Shown in pieces: positions 60,354 to 64,000 of a stretch of DNA of 64,000 bases. Position numbers and translations under genes: made by a program. The notes under the pieces were generated by a model that was given only the letters and a program-made list of their open reading frames with translations, made no database searches and had not been told where the DNA came from. The number at the start of each line of letters is the position of its first letter. Position 1 is the first letter of the stretch. The DNA lies in contig CANJVU010000007.1 of assembly GCA_947478525.1 (NCBI GenBank), positions 33,920 through 97,919 of the forward strand, in the 5' to 3' direction. The stretch comes from Thiotrichales bacterium (GTDB lineage: Bacteria > Pseudomonadota > Gammaproteobacteria > Francisellales > CACEW01).

Positions 60354-60577
60354 TGAATCGAGCGGACGTATTGCTGTTACTGGATGAATTACTGGAGGTT
60401 AATCCAGGTACTTTAATAGGAAATGAGTCCATCCAAGAGTGGGATTCTATTGCCATTATTGGCTTAATCGCATTGGCAGATGAACATTTCGATAAGCGAA
60501 TTTCTGTGAGCCAGTTACAGAATGTTAACACCGTTGATGATGTTATCAAGCTATTGTTAAGTAAATATGAAAAATAA
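60353..60577 (+). CDS. Acyl carrier protein-like (dedicated, cluster-encoded)
   Basis: About 74 aa four-helix-type sequence with the candidate phosphopantetheine site EWDSIAIIGL. AAGGAG lies 5 nt upstream of ATG 60353. Confidence 0.7.
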   Translation: MNRADVLLLLDELLEVNPGTLIGNESIQEWDSIAIIGLIALADEHFDKRISVSQLQNVNTVDDVIKLLLSKYEK

Positions 60578-61328
60578 TTTTGTTAGTTTACAGGGTAAAA
60601 CAATTCTAGTCACCGGTGCATCTGATGGCATTGGCCGAGCGAGTGCTGCGTTGTTTGCTCAACTGGGTGCCAAAGTGATTTTGGTTGCGCGCAATGAAGA
60701 AAAGTTAAAAGAGGTTTATCGGTCTTTAGTGGGTACAAGTCATGTAATTGCGCCTTTTGATCTGAAAAATTTAGAAGAAATTCCTGTCTTTTTAACTCGT
60801 CTTGCTGGCGAACATGGGTTGCTGCATGGCCTGCTGCATGCCGCGGGGATTCATCTAGTGCGACCGTTGAAATTGATTACCCCACAGAATTTAGAAGATA
60901 TTTTTAAAGTGAATGTCAGTGCTGCTATCATGCTTGCCAAAGGGTTTCGCCAAAAAACCGTCTCACAACGTCCTGCCAGCCTGGTGTTCATTTCATCGGT
61001 GGTTGCCTTGGTGGGGCAGGCCGCTATTTCACCCTATGCAATGACCAAAGGAGCAATTATGGCCGCGGCAAAATCGTTGGCAATAGAATTAGCACCGGAA
61101 CAGATTCGTGTCAATTCAATTTTACCAGGCGTGGTTATGACCGCCATGACGGAATCGTTATTTGCCAAAATGGGCGAAGAGCAGGTGATGGCGATCAAAA
61201 AGATGCATCCTCTCGGTTTTGGTGAGCCGATTGACGTTGCTAATATGGTAGCGTTCTTATTATCAGATGCTGCCAGATGGATTACGGGTACGGATATGAT
61301 GGTGGATGGCGGCTATACCGCGATTTGA
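60567..61328 (+). CDS. SDR-family oxidoreductase (FabG / 3-oxoacyl-ACP reductase-like)
   Basis: ILVTGASDGIGRA (TGxxxGIG), the S...YxxxK context SPYAMTKGA, and PG motif ILPGVV. Confidence 0.88.
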   Translation: MKNNFVSLQGKTILVTGASDGIGRASAALFAQLGAKVILVARNEEKLKEVYRSLVGTSHVIAPFDLKNLEEIPVFLTRLAGEHGLLHGLLHAAGIHLVRPLKLITPQNLEDIFKVNVSAAIMLAKGFRQKTVSQRPASLVFISSVVALVGQAAISPYAMTKGAIMAAAKSLAIELAPEQIRVNSILPGVVMTAMTESLFAKMGEEQVMAIKKMHPLGFGEPIDVANMVAFLLSDAARWITGTDMMVDGGYTAI

Positions 61329-61336
61329 GAGAGAAT

Positions 61337-61945
61337 ATGAAAAAAGAATTAATTATTGTTGGTGCGAGTGATTTTGGCAAAGAAATTGGTGCCTGGTTGC
61401 CTGGAGTATTGGGTGTTGATCATTTTGAATTTAAGGGTTTTTTAGACGATAATATTGCCTGCAGTGATTTTGGAGCTATCAAAGGTTTTCTCCCACAAGA
61501 AAAGCATGTTTTTGTTTGTGCAATTAATCACCCTAAGTCGCGAGAAGGGGTTATTCATCAGTTAAGACAAAAGGGAGCGATTTTTATTAATTTGATTCAT
61601 TCTTCGGCTGTTATTTGTAGTGATTTATTGCCGGATAATGCATTGATTGTGGCACCTTATGTTTTTATATCAAGAAACGTCAAGCTAGGTGTCGGCGTGG
61701 TTTTAAATATTGCCAGTTCAATTGGCCATGATGCGGTGCTCGATGATTTTGTGACTACCTGTCCTCATGGTGTTGTTAGTGGTTTTTCTAAACTGGGAAA
61801 ACGCGTTTTTATGGGTTCGCATGCCTGTGTTATTCCACATAAAACGGTTGGAGATGATGCCATTATTGGGGCTGGCAGTGCAGTGATGCGTAATGTTCCG
61901 CCTGCAACCACTGTAGTAGGTGTGCCCGCAAAAAGGTTAATATAA
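61337..61945 (+). CDS. PglD/NeuD-family hexapeptide-repeat N-acyltransferase
   Basis: LIIVGASDFGKEI N-domain, then LbH repeats with SSIGHDAVLDD (the His position matches the PglD catalytic His). ATG 61337 preferred over the 61277 extension. Confidence 0.8.
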   Translation: MKKELIIVGASDFGKEIGAWLPGVLGVDHFEFKGFLDDNIACSDFGAIKGFLPQEKHVFVCAINHPKSREGVIHQLRQKGAIFINLIHSSAVICSDLLPDNALIVAPYVFISRNVKLGVGVVLNIASSIGHDAVLDDFVTTCPHGVVSGFSKLGKRVFMGSHACVIPHKTVGDDAIIGAGSAVMRNVPPATTVVGVPAKRLI

Positions 61946-62952
61946 TGCAAAAAGCTTTGATTGGCGCGATAGAATATTACCTACCTCAATCGACTTTAAC
62001 GAATGACGTTTTGGCTGTCCAATTTCCGGAGTTTTCCGCTGAGAAGATTTTCGCGAAAACCGGCATCAAGCAACGTCATATTTCCGCTGCTGATGAATGT
62101 TCTTCAGATATGGCCGTTCAAGCAGCACAAAAATTATTTGCCAGTGGTGTGATTCAACCAGAGCAAATTGATTTTCTATTGTTTTGTACCCAAACACCAG
62201 ATTACCTGCTACCCACCAGCGCCTGCGTGATCCAGGATCGACTGGGCTTGCGATTGTCCGTGGGTGCACTGGATTTTAATCTGGGATGTTCGGGATTTAT
62301 TTATGGATTATCGTTGGCAAAAGGGTTAATTGAATCCGGTCAGGCCATGAATGTATTATTATTAACCGCTGACACCTATACCAAATTGATTGAACCGACT
62401 GATAAATCGGTTAAAACTATTTTTGGTGATGGTGCTGCGGCAACGTTGATAACGGGTGTTGATTATGAAAAAGAATTGATTGCACCGGTTGCTTACGGTA
62501 CCGATGGTCGTGGTGCAGAAAACCTTTGTACATTGGGTCGTGGCATGCGTCATGGTAACAGCGACGCCGACCCTTATTTGCGAATGAAAGGCCCCAAAAT
62601 ATTTGAATTTACTTTAGACGTTGTGCCAGGGGTGATTGAACAAGCGTTGGTAAAAGCAAAAACAACTTTTGGTGAAATTGAACTTTTTGTCTTTCATCAG
62701 GCCAATGCTTATATGCTGGAGCATCTGCGTAAAAAATTGAATATTCCTCAGGAAAAATTCTGGGTGGCGATGGATTTTTGTGGCAATACTGTTTCCTCAA
62801 CCATTCCGATTGCGTTGAAAGAAGCGCAAAAAACCGGTATGTTGGTGGGTAAGAAAAAAGTCATGTTGGTCGGGTTTGGAGTCGGGTATTCCTGGGCCGC
62901 AGCAGTGGTTGATTTAGATAATTTTGGGAGTTCAGTCAATGAATGTGGTTAA
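61945..62952 (+). CDS. KAS III (FabH)-like 3-oxoacyl-ACP synthase
   Basis: Cys-His-Asn triad contexts DFNLGCSGFIY, FVFHQAN and CGNTVSSTIP. 335 aa. Confidence 0.85.
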   Translation: MQKALIGAIEYYLPQSTLTNDVLAVQFPEFSAEKIFAKTGIKQRHISAADECSSDMAVQAAQKLFASGVIQPEQIDFLLFCTQTPDYLLPTSACVIQDRLGLRLSVGALDFNLGCSGFIYGLSLAKGLIESGQAMNVLLLTADTYTKLIEPTDKSVKTIFGDGAAATLITGVDYEKELIAPVAYGTDGRGAENLCTLGRGMRHGNSDADPYLRMKGPKIFEFTLDVVPGVIEQALVKAKTTFGEIELFVFHQANAYMLEHLRKKLNIPQEKFWVAMDFCGNTVSSTIPIALKEAQKTGMLVGKKKVMLVGFGVGYSWAAAVVDLDNFGSSVNECG

Positions 62953-64000
62953 TGATCTAGCCAAATGGCCTGTTTATGGTACCGATGAAATCGATGCAGT
63001 AGTAAACGTTTTAAAGTCAGGTAAAGTTAACTACTGGACTGGTTCAGAGTGTAAATTATTTGAAAAAGAATATGCGGAGTCGATTGGTTGTCAATATGCC
63101 GTGTCTTTAATGAATGGCACAGTAGCGCTGGAGCTGGCATTAATTGCCCTGGATATTAAAGCGGGTGATGAGGTGATTACACCCAGCCGCACGTTTATGG
63201 CATCGACCAGTTGTATTATTGCCAGAGGCGCGATACCAGTATTTGCAGAAGTGGATCGTGTTTCACAAAACGTAACCGCTGCAACCATTGAGGCGGCGAT
63301 TACGCCTAGAACCAAAGCAGTAATTGTGGTGCATCATGCCGGTTGGCCGTGTGAGATGGATAAAATCATGGAACTGGCGAAGCGTCGCAATCTTTATGTG
63401 ATTGAAGACTGTGCACAAGCGCATGGTGCCATGTACAAAGGCAAAGCGGTGGGCAGTTGGGGGCATGTGGCGGCATTTTCATTTTGTCAGGATAAAATCA
63501 TTACAACGGGTGGAGAGGGTGGGTTATTGACCACCAATGATAAAACTTTTTGGGAACGTGCCTGGTCCTACAAGGATCATGGCAAAGATTATGATACCGT
63601 GTTTCATAAACAACATCCGCCTGGTTTCCGTTGGATTCACGCATCGTTTGGCAGCAACTGGCGTATGACTGAGATGCAGGCGGCGATTGGTCGACTTCAA
63701 TTGCGCAAACTCCCCGAATGGACTCATATCCGTACGCGTTGTGCGCAGGCATTTAATGAAGCGTTTGCTAAGATTGCCGCATTACGCATAACACCTGTTC
63801 CGCCAGAGGTGGTGCACGCCCATTATCGTTATTATATGTTTGTGCGATCTGATGAGCTCAAACCAGATTGGAATCGAGACCGTATTATGCAGGAGATCAA
63901 CAAGCGCGGAGTAATTTGCTTGTCGGGAGGATGTCCAGAGGTCTATCTTGAAAAATCTTTTGATCACACGCCTTATCGTCCTGCGCAACGCTTTCCAATA
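62939..64000 (+). CDS. DegT/PglE-type sugar aminotransferase, 3' end beyond window
   Basis: Not in the ORF track because it runs off the end. My translation is MNVVNDLAKWPVYGTDEIDAVVNVLKSGKVNYWTG...VITPSRTFMAST...IEDCAQAHGA...FSFCQDKIITTGGEGG (PLP Lys), open to nt 64000. Confidence 0.88.
   Translation, partial: MNVVNDLAKWPVYGTDEIDAVVNVLKSGKVNYWTGSECKLFEKEYAESIGCQYAVSLMNGTVALELALIALDIKAGDEVITPSRTFMASTSCIIARGAIPVFAEVDRVSQNVTAATIEAAITPRTKAVIVVHHAGWPCEMDKIMELAKRRNLYVIEDCAQAHGAMYKGKAVGSWGHVAAFSFCQDKIITTGGEGGLLTTNDKTFWERAWSYKDHGKDYDTVFHKQHPPGFRWIHASFGSNWRMTEMQAAIGRLQLRKLPEWTHIRTRCAQAFNEAFAKIAALRITPVPPEVVHAHYRYYMFVRSDELKPDWNRDRIMQEINKRGVICLSGGCPEVYLEKSFDHTPYRPAQRFPI

Overview
This 64-kb window is a chromosomal segment that looks gammaproteobacterial. 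A Mip-type FKBP isomerase and the pyrG-kdsA-eno-ftsB-surE-nlpD backbone suggest a Legionellales-like organism, but I cannot verify that without a database search.

The first ~31 kb is housekeeping:
- a suf operon (sufD'-sufS-sufU-sufA-sufT)
- coaD, a POT transporter, dusA and tRNA-Gly(GCC)
- dsbG-like, mip-like, xthA and dsbD
- pyrG, kdsA, eno, ftsB, surE and an M23/NlpD-like peptidase

Small accessory insertions interrupt this backbone. They include four or five toxin-antitoxin-like pairs, an orphan CysO/MoaD-like ubiquitin-fold gene, a repeat-bearing membrane protein and a UBA-like orphan.

From galU (31.4 kb) to the window end runs a densely packed, mostly + strand, visibly AT-richer Wzx/Wzy-type polysaccharide (O-antigen/LPS-like) cluster. 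It carries:
- wecB/wecC and an AsnB-like amidotransferase
- a bi-domain oxidoreductase, a heparinase II/III-like gene and a WbuB-like GT4
- several methyltransferases
- a pglC-pglD-pglE-like block with inserted ACP/FabG/FabH-like genes

The most unusual structure lies between galU and the first sugar gene. Two mosaic paralogs encode an AAA-ATPase/PD-(D/E)XK nuclease-type protein: their ends are near-identical and their middles diverged. They bracket an MNT-HepT toxin-antitoxin pair, and every block is bounded by the same 10-mer, GCGGGTGGAA. All of these genes are translationally coupled into the galU-LPS gene chain.

I saw no rRNA, CRISPR array, transposase or integrase. All family calls come from motif recognition by eye, with no searches run.
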